From NCBI RefSeq assembly GCF_000142905.1, contig NW_013657627.1, forward strand, positions 162,204 to 226,203: a DNA stretch of 64,000 nucleotides, given 5' to 3'. Position numbers and translations under genes: made by a program. The notes under the pieces are model-generated. The model saw nothing but the letters and a program-made list of their open reading frames with translations, ran no database searches and was not told the origin of the DNA. Below are positions 1-11,257 of this stretch, in pieces (position 1 is the first letter of the stretch; the number at the start of each line of letters is the position of its first letter). The stretch is from Thecamonas trahens ATCC 50062. Its lineage: Eukaryota; Protista; Apusomonadida.

Positions 1-62
1 CGCAGTGGGGAAGAGGGGGGAGGGGAGGGGTAAGGGGGTACACTTGTCGTAGGTCACGAACC

Positions 63-1760
<1,698 letters not shown>

Positions 1761-1827
1761 CAGAGTACATGCGATAAAGCACTTGCGCCTGCCTAGCTCG
1801 CTCGCACTGCGGCGAGAGGAAGCGAGG

Positions 1828-2694
1828 TCACAGGCCGTGGCGCTCGAGGTTGGCGAGGACGGCCTTGTAGATGTCGACGACCTTGGGCCGGAGCCGCGGA
1901 AAGCCCATGAGGTCGGTGTGGTTGACCTCGGGAAAGATGCCGATGAGCTTGCCCCACTTGGCCGAGGCGACAGTGACGAGCCCGTCCGAGTCAAAGTGGT
2001 CGCGCGGCGCCGAGGAGCCCGGCGTGGCCACGACGCGCGAGCCGGTACGGCCGGTAGTACTGCGCGGATCCGACGGTGCCGCGGCACGCAGCATCCGCGA
2101 GGTCACCGCATACGGGTGCATTGGCGACGGGTCGTCGTACGAGGCGACTGAAAAGTAAAGGACCCGCGGCGAGTTCGGAACGGCGGCGTTAAACGCCGCA
2201 GTCGCAGCCGTGGTTAGATCGCGGAGGCCGTCGGTCGAGATGCCGAGCCAGCTTACAATGCGCTCGATGGTCGCCGAGGCCTCCAGCGAGCCCGCAAGCA
2301 CGTCGGCCACCGCCGATCCGCGGTGCGGCGTGCCGAGGGTGGTGAGCGAGGCAACCAGCTCGTCGCCGCCGAGGTGGGCGATGAGATAGCGGACGTCGAG
2401 GCCGGCCATCGAGTGGGCCACCACATTGAACCTCAGCGATTCATCGCCCATCTCGGCCCGCGCCGCCCGCAGCGCGTCCGCCAGCTGTCCGGCTCGAACG
2501 GCAATGCCCTCGAGTGGTGAGACCACCGGGCGGGTGACGGGATACGGCGAGGCGGCCTCGACCAAGGCCACCAGCTTGGGGTGGAAGTACGGCATGAACG
2601 CGAGCTTGCCAAAGCCCATGTAGCCGTGGCACAGCGCCACAGGCTGCTGAACCGGCGGGGCGCGGGCGGGGGCCGACCGGGCGGAGGTGGCCAT
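1828..2694 (-). CDS. Alpha/beta-hydrolase triacylglycerol lipase (TGL2-like)
   Basis: LCHGYMG oxyanion region, nucleophile elbow VAHSMAGLD, TLGTPHRGS, SDGLV, NHTDL catalytic His. Confidence 0.85.
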   Translation of the reverse strand: MATSARSAPARAPPVQQPVALCHGYMGFGKLAFMPYFHPKLVALVEAASPYPVTRPVVSPLEGIAVRAGQLADALRAARAEMGDESLRFNVVAHSMAGLDVRYLIAHLGGDELVASLTTLGTPHRGSAVADVLAGSLEASATIERIVSWLGISTDGLRDLTTAATAAFNAAVPNSPRVLYFSVASYDDPSPMHPYAVTSRMLRAAAPSDPRSTTGRTGSRVVATPGSSAPRDHFDSDGLVTVASAKWGKLIGIFPEVNHTDLMGFPRLRPKVVDIYKAVLANLERHGL

Positions 2695-2837
2695 GATGGA
2701 CGGCCGGGCGTGTTATGGGTGGGTGGCGAGGGTGGGTGCGGGTGCGTGCCACAGCTCGGAGCAGGCAGAGGCGGCGGGCAGGGGCTTGGCGGCGGTGGAC
2801 GGAGGAGAGGCAAGTAGTGCCGCTGACACGCTGACGA

Positions 2838-4316
2838 CTACCACGCCGAAAAGTCGGAGAGGTGTGACGAGGGCTTGAGCCGCTTGGCGAGGCGGGCGAG
2901 GAGCGCCGGGTCGGCGGGTGCGGCGGGCGACGGCGGCTCGTCTTCGCGGCGGCGCTTGTTCTTCCCCTTGGCCTTGTCCTTGTCCTTGACCTTGACCTTG
3001 GCCTTGGCCTTCCCCTTGGCCTTCCCCTTGGCCTTGGTCTTGACCTTGGCCGGATCATCGGACGATGGCGGTGTGGCGAGGTAGCGACCGATGGCGAGCG
3101 GGTCGACGGGCGCAGGTCGGGCGGCAGCGTCGGCGGACGCGGGCGCTGTGGCCTTGACCTTGGCGGCAGCCTCGTCAGCAAAGGCGTTGACAAAAACTGG
3201 CGTGGAGCGGATGACGATGTCTTGGAGCGGGGTGTCCGAGTCGGGGACGGTCGGCATGGCCTCCATCATGTCGAGAACAGGACCGCCGCCGACGACGCGG
3301 CCAAAGACGGTGTGCTTGTTGTCGAGGTGGTGGGCCGAGTTAAAGGTGATGAAGAACTGGGATGTGTTGGTGTTCGGGCCCTTGTTGGCCATGGCAACGA
3401 CGCCGCGTGCATCGTGGGTCAACTTGCCGCGGAACTCGTCGGCAAAGGGCTGCCCGTAGACGGAGGCGCCGCCCGAGCCAGTCGAGCTCGGGTCGCCGCC
3501 CTGAATCATGAACCGCGGGATGAGCCGGTGGAACTTGGTGCCGTCGTAGAACCCGTTGGTGCAGTGGGTCACAAAGTTGTAGGCAGCGAGTGGGACCGAG
3601 TCCGAGCGGATCTCCAAGTTGAGGTCGCCGAGCGAGGTGACCAGCCGGACGTAGCACTTGCCGCGCGTCTTGGCCACCTGGGGTGTCTTCTCCTCCACCC
3701 GCTGGCCGACCGTCACCGGCGCCATCGCCGACGAAGTCAGCGACGCCGCCATGTACCCGACGTTGGTGTGCGAGGTCGAGGTCGAGGTTGAGGTTGAGCT
3801 CGCGGCCGATGCTGGCCGGGCGGGCGCCGGTGCCGACTCGGCCCGAGTCTCAGCCGTGGGCTGTGCCGACGGTTCCGGGCGGCCGGCCGGGCGCTTGGGA
3901 TCTTGCAAGACAAGCAGATCCGACTCGGGGTCAAACGGCGAGCCGTCGGTCGGGTCCGCAGGCGGGGCGCCTGTCGCGGCGGCGGGGGCGATGGCGACGG
4001 CGCGGAGGCCCGATAGTGAGTAGACGCGGCCGTTTGTGCGGAGGGCGACGATGGTAGAGGAGGAGAGGAACGGCTCGTGTGTGAGCGGGCAGATGGGAGT
4101 CTGGGCAGCGTCGTCGGCCCTGGCAACATGAAGGCGGAGCAGATCCTGCGGGGCGCAAGGAGTGCCGGAGACCGGATCGGTGCCGTGGCGGCGGAGCCAG
4201 GGCACAATGTTGAGCAAGTCGTACACCGCGCCGGTGGCCGGGTTGGCTACGGGCGTGGTGGCCGGCACCAGTCCCAGCTGGCACTCGAGCGGGGCGGACG
4301 CGGCGTGTTCGGCCAT
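2838..4316 (-). CDS. PPIL2: U-box/RING-type plus cyclophilin peptidyl-prolyl isomerase (PPIL2/Cyp60-like)
   Basis: N-terminal YDLLNIVPWL..GTDPVSG and CPLT motifs; cyclophilin core FHRLIPRFMIQGGDP, MANKGPNTNTSQFF, HTVFGRV; C-terminal DFSAW. The true start may lie in the adjacent gap. Confidence 0.85.
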   Translation of the reverse strand: MAEHAASAPLECQLGLVPATTPVANPATGAVYDLLNIVPWLRRHGTDPVSGTPCAPQDLLRLHVARADDAAQTPICPLTHEPFLSSSTIVALRTNGRVYSLSGLRAVAIAPAAATGAPPADPTDGSPFDPESDLLVLQDPKRPAGRPEPSAQPTAETRAESAPAPARPASAASSTSTSTSTSHTNVGYMAASLTSSAMAPVTVGQRVEEKTPQVAKTRGKCYVRLVTSLGDLNLEIRSDSVPLAAYNFVTHCTNGFYDGTKFHRLIPRFMIQGGDPSSTGSGGASVYGQPFADEFRGKLTHDARGVVAMANKGPNTNTSQFFITFNSAHHLDNKHTVFGRVVGGGPVLDMMEAMPTVPDSDTPLQDIVIRSTPVFVNAFADEAAAKVKATAPASADAAARPAPVDPLAIGRYLATPPSSDDPAKVKTKAKGKAKGKAKAKVKVKDKDKAKGKNKRRREDEPPSPAAPADPALLARLAKRLKPSSHLSDFSAW

Positions 4317-4370
4317 GGGTGGTGTGGTGGTCGGGGTGGTGGGCGGGGTGGTGGGGTGGGCGGGGTGGTG

Positions 4371-4470
4371 NNNNNNNNNNNNNNNNNNNNNNNNNNNNNN
4401 NNNNNNNNNNNNNNNNNNNNNNNNNNNNNNNNNNNNNNNNNNNNNNNNNNNNNNNNNNNNNNNNNNNNNN
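4371..4470. other. Assembly gap (100 N)
   Basis: Run of N flanked by G-rich low-complexity DNA. Confidence 0.99.
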
Positions 4471-4769
4471 ACATTGAACATATTTTGCGTAGTTATCTTC
4501 CGCCCTGATGTTGCTCCCCGCGGGCGGCTTCAGAACAATCCCCCGCGGACAATTAATCTTGTCAAAGGTGCCATACAATTCGCATAGCCCCCGATCATAG
4601 GCAGAAGCTGGGTGTGGTAGTTGTCTTCGTGTTCGGTCTCGTTCCGGCTCAACGCATTGTGTTGGCGGGGTGATGGGGTGGGCGGGGTGGTGGGCGGCAG
4701 GGGGCGCGCCAGCGGGCGGGTGGGCGCGGGCGCGAGACACCCAGCTCTGCTTCGGGCCAAAGAGGCGGG

Positions 4770-6415
4770 ATGGACGAGACAGTGTTTGAGCTGTCGGCAG
4801 CGGACCTGGGGCAGGACCCCAACGAGGTGTTCCAGAAAGTGGAGAAGCTTGGAGAAGGGTATGTACATGGGGTGGAGGAGATGGTGGTGGTGGTGGTGGT
4901 GGTGGTGGGAGGGGGAGGAGGAGGAGCATGCGTGGCAGTTTTTTGCGGTGATGAAGGGCTTCTTATCGGTTGGTGGGGGTGGGGGGGGGAGAGTGGAGGG
5001 GGGGAGAGTGGAGGGGAGGAAGGGAGGGAGGAGGAAGGGAGGGTGGAGGAGGGGGAGGCAGGCGGGGAGGCAGGCGGGGAGGTAGGCGGGGAGGAGGAGG
5101 GAGCGGGGAGGAGGAGGGCGGGGCAGAGCGGGCGGGTGGCGGGGCGGGTGGAATTGGTGGGCCGAGGACGGGGGGACAGCCGGCGGGTGGGATGGGAGCA
5201 GGAGGGGGGGGAAGGAGGGCAGGCGGGCGGACGGGTTACTGACCAAGACGCAATGTGTGGTGCGGGGCGGACAGATCGTATGGGTCTGTGTACAAGGCCA
5301 TGCACGTGCGGACGGGCAAGATTGTGGCGATCAAGGAGGTTGCGATGGAGGACGACCTGGACGAGATCATCATTGAGATCAACATCATGAAGCAGCTGTC
5401 TGACCCGTACATTGTCAACTACTTTGGCAACTACCTGCTTGCTAACGAGCTGTGGATCATCATGGAGTACTGTGGGTCCGGGTCTGTGGCGGATTTGATG
5501 TCTGTGTGCAAGGAGTGCCTCACGGAGGAGCAGATCGGGTGCATTATGGCGGACACGCTCAAGGGCCTCGAGTACCTGCACAAGAACAACAAGATCCATC
5601 GCGACATCAAGGCGGGCAACATCTTGATCAATGACCAGGGCCTGGCCAAGCTTGCAGACTTTGGGGTCTCCGGGCAGCTGAAGGACGACGACGCGAAGCG
5701 GAACACCGTGATCGGCACGCCGTACTGGATGGCACCCGAGGTGATCCAGGAGATTGGCTACTCGACCGGGGTGGACATCTGGTCGCTCGGCATTACGTGC
5801 ATCGAGATGGCGGACTCACGGCCGCCACTGTGCAACATTCACCCAATGCGGGCCATTTTCATGATCCCGCAGCGCCCGTCGCCGACGCTGACGTCGCCGG
5901 ACGAGTGGTCGGACGAGTTCAACGACTTTATTGCGTCGTGTCTTGTCAAGGAGGCCGCGGACCGGCCGACAGCGACCCAGCTCCTCAAGCACGCCTTTGT
6001 CAACAAGAAGCACTCGCGCTCGTCGCTGTTGGAGATGATGGAGCGCGCGTCGACCATCATCGAGGAGAAGGGCCGCAACTTTGAGTCGGACGACGAAGAG
6101 GCGTCCGAGGAAGACGACGACGACGATGACTACACCGGGACCATGGCCCGCGTCGACGCGCCCGACGACGGCACCATGGTCCGCGCCTCGGCCGATTCCT
6201 CGGCTCCGGACAAGATCACGCCCGAGTACCTCGTCAAGATCACCTCGCGGAAGCAGGCTGACATCCTCAACTCGATGCCACTCGACTCGCTCAAGGCTCT
6301 GCTTACCCAGATCGACGCGTCAATGACCCGCGAGGTGGCCGCCATCAACCAGAAGTACGAGAAGAAGAAGGCGCCCATCCTGACAGTGCTCGAGGCCAAG
6401 ACGGCCGAGTCGTAA
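4770..6415 (+). CDS. STK3/STK4: Ste20-family MST1/2 (Hippo) kinase with C-terminal SARAH domain; exons 4770..4858 and 5275..6415
   Basis: Splicing (GTATGT donor 4859, TACTGAC branch near 5240, ACAG acceptor 5274) restores KLGEGSYGSVYK. Also HRDIKAGN, DFGVSGQL, KRNTVIGTPYWMAPEVIQEIGY, and a C-terminal IDASMTREVAAINQKYEKKKAPIL matching the MST SARAH helix. Confidence 0.92.
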
Positions 6416-6445
6416 AAAACCATCACCCCACCGGCCTAGTGCACA

Positions 6446-7725
6446 CTACTTGGCCGCATCACCCTCGAGCTTGAGAAGGAGCTGCGAGACGCGCTCGTAG
6501 ACAGCAAAGGTGACGCAGGCGCCGGGCATGACGCGGAGGACGGTCGGGACGAGGCCCTTGTACAGGCCAGACACGCCCTCAGAGGCAATGATGGAGCGAA
6601 AGGCGTGGAGCGCCGACGTGTAGCGGCGGGCAGTGCGGTCGACCTCGGTTTGGATTTGGAGGCGGGCGCGAATGACTTGGTATGGGTACGAGACGATCGA
6701 GGCAAACATCTTGGAGAGCGCACCAACCGCCAACGCCTCGTAAGTTGAGAGATCGCGGGCCGAGTGGGTCGAGGAGACGTCAACGGCGTCAGAGAGCATC
6801 CAGCGTGGTAGCAGCCGGATCTTGGCGTCGTAGAGCGGCGAGTAGAGGAGCAGCTTCTTGAGCTCCTCATAGGCCATAAACTGAAAGGCGCCGTGCGAGA
6901 CGCCGATGAGTGACGGGCCGAGGCCGCGGTACAGTCCGCGGATGCCCTCCTCGCCCGCAATGGTTCGGATGGCGTGGACGACACCGCGGTACTGCCGCGC
7001 CGTCGGATCGTCGAGCTGCAGCTGCATCCGCGTCTTGACCAGCCAGATCGGGTTGGTCACCAGGCATGTGGCCAGCCCGGCCGCCGTCGCCGCGCCCATG
7101 TGCCACCCGGGCCCGAGCGGCGTACCCGGCGCCAGGCCGCGCTCTTCACGGATCGCCTCCTTCAAGCGGGTGTACGAGAGAAAGTATAGGCCCCACGCCA
7201 TGCCCGAGCCCACTAAGTTCGGCGAGAGGCCCGAGTACAGACCGCGGAGGCCGTGCTTGCGTGAGATCTGCACCAGCGCTGCAACCGGCCGCCGAGGGGA
7301 TGTGGGGAGAGGTGAGTCGGGCGCGGAGCCGCGCGATGCGATGCTGCTCGCAGGGGATGGGAGGGGAGGGGAGAGGAAGCAGAGGGTACATACCGTCCCA
7401 TGTCGATGCGTAGCGCGGGTACTTGCATCCGGCGGTGCCGTCGTGGACTGCGGGGTGGGGAGGGGCGTGAGTGGCAGGCGGCGGGCAAACGCGGCATGGA
7501 TCCCTCCTGGCAGAGGAGACGGAGGGGGAGGGGGGAGGGGGCGGGGAAGGGGAGGGGTGGGGGGGAGACGAGGGGAAGGAGGGGGCTGGGCTGGGCGGAT
7601 GGGCGGATGGGCGTACCTTGGAACTTGGTCTTGACCAGGTCGAGCGGGTAGGTGGACATGGTGGCGGACATGCCGGCCACCACGCCGGCCACCGCATGGA
7701 TCGGCGCCTTAGTCTCGCTCGCCAT
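6446..7725 (-). CDS. SLC25A32: Mitochondrial carrier, folate/FAD transporter-like (SLC25A32/FLX1); exons 7617..7725, 7394..7447, 6446..7278
   Basis: Three carrier repeats (YPLDLVKTK, NPIWLVKTR, YPYQVIRAR); GLYF..Y and SHGAFQF are typical of the folate-carrier clade. Two phase-1 GT-AG introns keep the frame. Confidence 0.85.
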
Positions 7726-7992
7726 ACGAGTGCAGTGTACTGTGTCCGGCGCAGGCGCAGGCGCAGGGATGGCCAACCACCAGGCGCAGGGATGGCCAAC
7801 CACCAGTCGGCCTGTTGGGTATGTGTGTGTGGGGGGGGAGAGAGAGACTTTACGATCCAGTGGAGGTGGGAGGGTGCGGTGCGATGCGATGGGTCGCGCG
7901 GGCGGCGTGTGGGCGGGCGGTAGTGCAGGTGCGCAGTGCCCGTGACCGGGGGGCGATGAAAGGGGGTGGGGGGTGGGAGGAGGGCGGGGCGG

Positions 7993-8546
7993 CTATGTGG
8001 GCGCCGGATCGGTGCCGCGGAGGACTTCCAGCGAGTCTGGAAGGATGAGCGAGGGCTGAGCAGGCGGGGCGGCGCCGACAACGTTGATGCCAAAGGTGGG
8101 TAGGCCGTGGGCGTGGGTGACAAGCAGGTCGGCGGCGGCGTCGAGGCGGGCAGAGCGGGCGGCGGACGCCTCCTCAAAGGCGGCCAGACGCTCGGCATCG
8201 ACGGTGCGCATGGCAGCGATGCGCGGATCGTCGTCGATGGCGCCTGCGGCGACGCCGCGCGCCGAGCGCGGCGCCTCGTGCGGGGCCCGCTCAAAGGCGG
8301 CGGTGGCGACAAAGGCATCCGTGTCAAGCACCGCCTCGCCCTCGCCCTGCACGCCCACCACGGAGCGCGAGTACGTCGGCAGGTCACCGACTCTACGGAC
8401 TGTGCGTGGGGGGATGGGGGGGGGGGTGAGGGAGGGTGAGGGGGTAACGGTCAGGGAGGGAGGGGACCTGGGGAGGGCGTACTGTGCAGCTCACCGTCGT
8501 CGGTGAAGCCCGAAAGCATCTCGCGAGGAGGGATGTGGTCGTCCAT
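7993..8546 (-). CDS. Hypothetical protein (~152 aa); exons 8495..8546 and 7993..8399
   Basis: ATG 8546 (MDDHIPPREMLSGFTDD), GTGAG donor, CAG acceptor at 8402-8400; the phase-1 join is in frame with ORF 7993..8361. No recognisable domain. Confidence 0.6.
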
Positions 8547-8808
8547 GTGTGTGTGAGCGGGGGAGGGGGGTGGGTGGGGGGGGGTTGGTGGTTGGTTGGG
8601 GGTGGGGGGGGTGGAGTGGGGTGGCCTGGTCAGGCAGGTGGGTGGCAGGCGGCGGCAGGCGGCGGGTGGGCAGCGGCGGGCGGCACGCGACGGGTTGGCG
8701 TTACGACAGCGCCATTGGTCTGGTGAGAGGTGGTAGTGGTAGGCGGCCAAGTACTCAGCCGGGGACCCACTTGTCGCCGACAGCAGAGAAGACTTTTGCA
8801 ACGTGACC

Positions 8809-10155
8809 ATGATGACGTCTAACCGCGTGGTGCAGGCGTTGGCCGTGCTGGTGGTGGTGCTCGGGTGTGTGGCGGCGGCGGCGGCGGCGGTGCCGTACTG
8901 CGGGATCGCGCCGGGGGCGACAGCCGGCGAGTACGGGAGCCTCGAGGGCTCGCGGAGCCTGCTGGCGGCGGCAGCGGGGAAGCTTGTCCACGTCGATGCG
9001 GTGTTCCGGCATGGCGACCGGACGCCGGCCAATGCGGCGCAGTGCTGGCCGAACGACACGGCGGTGTGGGAGTGCGAGCTGGCTCAGGCTGTCCAGGCCT
9101 CACGCAGCATGGCCGCACCCGCCGCGTCGTACGGCGCGCTCTTCCGCATCGCGCCGGTTCCGGGCAAGATGTTCTTTCCAGGCAACTGCGCTGTCGGCCA
9201 GCTGACGACCCAGGGCTACGAGCAGCACCTCGCCAACGGCGCTGCCTTCCGTGCCGCCTACGTCGCCGGCGCCGGCCTTCTCCCGACCGCCTTTGACCCG
9301 ACAACCGTCCACATCGAGACCGACACCTCGATCCGGGTCCAGATGTCGGCTCAGGCCTTCATTTCGGGCATGTACCCAGATCAGCTTGGCCCGAACGCTG
9401 CCGGCTCCACCGCTAGCCTGCCGCTGGTCAACATCGCCGTCCGCGACTCAGCCACTCAGATTGTCTGCCCCAACCCGGCCGTCTGCCCCGCACTCGCCTC
9501 GATCGCCGCGGACTTTGCAAAGTCCAAGGTCCTCGCTAACTTTACCGAGACTGTGGTCAAGCCTGTGAGCGACAAGCTTGCCGCCGCATTTGGCGAGAAG
9601 GACGGCGACGTCTCGCTCGGCGTCACCTTTGACTGCATGCACGCCCACGAGTGCCACGGCTTCCCGCTCCCCCCGAGCGTCCCGTCGTCGCTCTGGGCTG
9701 ACCTCTCCAACGCCGCTATTGGCATGCTCGGCCTCACCTACAGCTTCCCGTCGCGGACTGAGTTTGGCTCCAACGCCATGGGTCCCATGATCGGCCAGGT
9801 CGTCGCCGACCTGCAGACCGCCGTCGCCGGCTCCTCCCCAGTCAAGATGCACATGTACGGGACCCACGACACGTGCATTATGCCTCTACTTGCCGCCCTT
9901 GGCCTCTACGGCGACGAGTGGTGCCCCTACGCCGGCATCGTCGCCTTTGAGCTGTACGCCGTCGACAAGGCCGTTGCCTCGCCCGCTGCTGCTGCCCTCC
10001 TTGGCGATGACACCCACGCCGTTCGCCTCCTCCGCTACGGCTCCGAGGTCACGATCCCCGGCTGCCCGGACGTTCTCTGCCCGTGGTCGACCTTTGTCAA
10101 CGTCCTCTCGCCGCTTGTCCCGTCGCCCAAGCAGTGCCACCTTGTTCACGGCTGA
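8809..10155 (+). CDS. Secreted histidine acid phosphatase (branch 2)
   Basis: Signal peptide, RHGDRTP catalytic motif, GQLT..G, R in TSIRVQMSA, GTHDT proton-donor motif, conserved cysteines. Confidence 0.9.
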   Translation: MMTSNRVVQALAVLVVVLGCVAAAAAAVPYCGIAPGATAGEYGSLEGSRSLLAAAAGKLVHVDAVFRHGDRTPANAAQCWPNDTAVWECELAQAVQASRSMAAPAASYGALFRIAPVPGKMFFPGNCAVGQLTTQGYEQHLANGAAFRAAYVAGAGLLPTAFDPTTVHIETDTSIRVQMSAQAFISGMYPDQLGPNAAGSTASLPLVNIAVRDSATQIVCPNPAVCPALASIAADFAKSKVLANFTETVVKPVSDKLAAAFGEKDGDVSLGVTFDCMHAHECHGFPLPPSVPSSLWADLSNAAIGMLGLTYSFPSRTEFGSNAMGPMIGQVVADLQTAVAGSSPVKMHMYGTHDTCIMPLLAALGLYGDEWCPYAGIVAFELYAVDKAVASPAAAALLGDDTHAVRLLRYGSEVTIPGCPDVLCPWSTFVNVLSPLVPSPKQCHLVHG

Positions 10156-10520
10156 AGCTCCCCTGAATGGGGTGTCTTTTCACTGCAGATCGCGCCGTGA
10201 TCCACACTAATGAACGTCTTTCCATGTTCAATCCTGTTTTCCTGTGTAGCCAGGAGTCGACCAAATACGACCGGTCGCCAAAATTGCGTTCTGAGACCGT
10301 TCCAGGAACGCTATCACATGCGCTCAGTGAGCGCGATGCAGGCTGCCCCCAGACCACTCGCGAAATTCGTCCCCTCAGTGCGATGTGGGGCGCTCCCCGT
10401 CTGCAGGCTGCATTGTTGCCGAGGGATGCACCCTCGTGGTGTACAGGGCCAGTGATGGGCCCTGTAGTAGGCCGCAGAAGTCGATGAGTGTGGAACAGGC
10501 ACTTTCTCGATAACGCAGCA

Positions 10521-10680
10521 ACATTTACACTATAGTTTATATAAAAACAAATGCGTAAAATTATGTATATATAGTCTACAATGTAAATTATATATTAATC
10601 GCAATTCATTCGAAATTTTATGTATTTGTATTTTTATTTCCAAAATTGGGTCAATTCTGGTCCTTTTTATTGCTATTTCG
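10521..10680. other. AT-rich island (~22% GC over 160 bp; ~17% over 10531..10640)
   Basis: Hand count of 36 G+C in 160 nt; no comparable stretch elsewhere in the window. Confidence 0.9.
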
Positions 10681-10980
10681 ACTGTCGTCACCCCCCATCC
10701 AGATAGACACCTGCCACACGTCATCGCTCCCACTCACATGCACGTCACGCATACTAATGTGTAGCCTACATTCACACCGACAGGTTCATGTGAATCATAT
10801 TCTTTGTAGCGTCTTTAATCGCCCGAATTTCAGTGTTTCGGTCGTACCCGCAGTCGCCAGTCACTGATACTCAGCTCACACGCCACGCCACGCCACGCCA
10901 CGCCTTGGCCCACCTCACCCACACCCGCCACCTCCTCCCTTGCCCACACCACACCCCTCCCCTCGCTTCCCGTCTCCAGA

Positions 10981-11257
10981 ATGCCCACGTCGGCCAACCT
11001 CATATGGGACAGGGTGACGTCGGCGGTCGAGATCCTGTACTTTGTCTCGGGCGTCTTCCTCGCCGCCACCCTCGCCTACTACGTCTGGCTCAACCGGCGC
11101 TACACCTCGCCCACCGTAGTTGGTACGTTCTCCCTCGCCTCCTCCCGCCTCGCCTCTCTGGCCTGCTTGCAACTCACCGTCTCTTTTACCGTCTCTAGCT
11201 TGCTTCGCGGTCCTCGCCGCCACCATTGCATACCAACTCCTCGGCGGAGGCGCCTGA
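10981..11257 (+). CDS. Small two-TM membrane protein (66 aa); exons 10981..11122 and 11199..11257
   Basis: MPTSANLIWDRVTSAVEILYFVSGVFLAATLAYYVWLNRRYTSPTVV|ACFAVLAATIAYQLLGGGA*. GTACGT donor 11123, CTCAC branch 11173, pyrimidine tract, TAG acceptor 11198; codon usage like the neighbouring genes. Confidence 0.65.

Noticed and set aside
4471-4660. Lower-GC segment beside a gap, possibly foreign DNA or a missing PPIL2 exon
   Set aside because: No frame resembles the PPIL2 N-terminus, and similar moderate-GC patches occur in other divergent intergenic regions, so it is probably promoter DNA.
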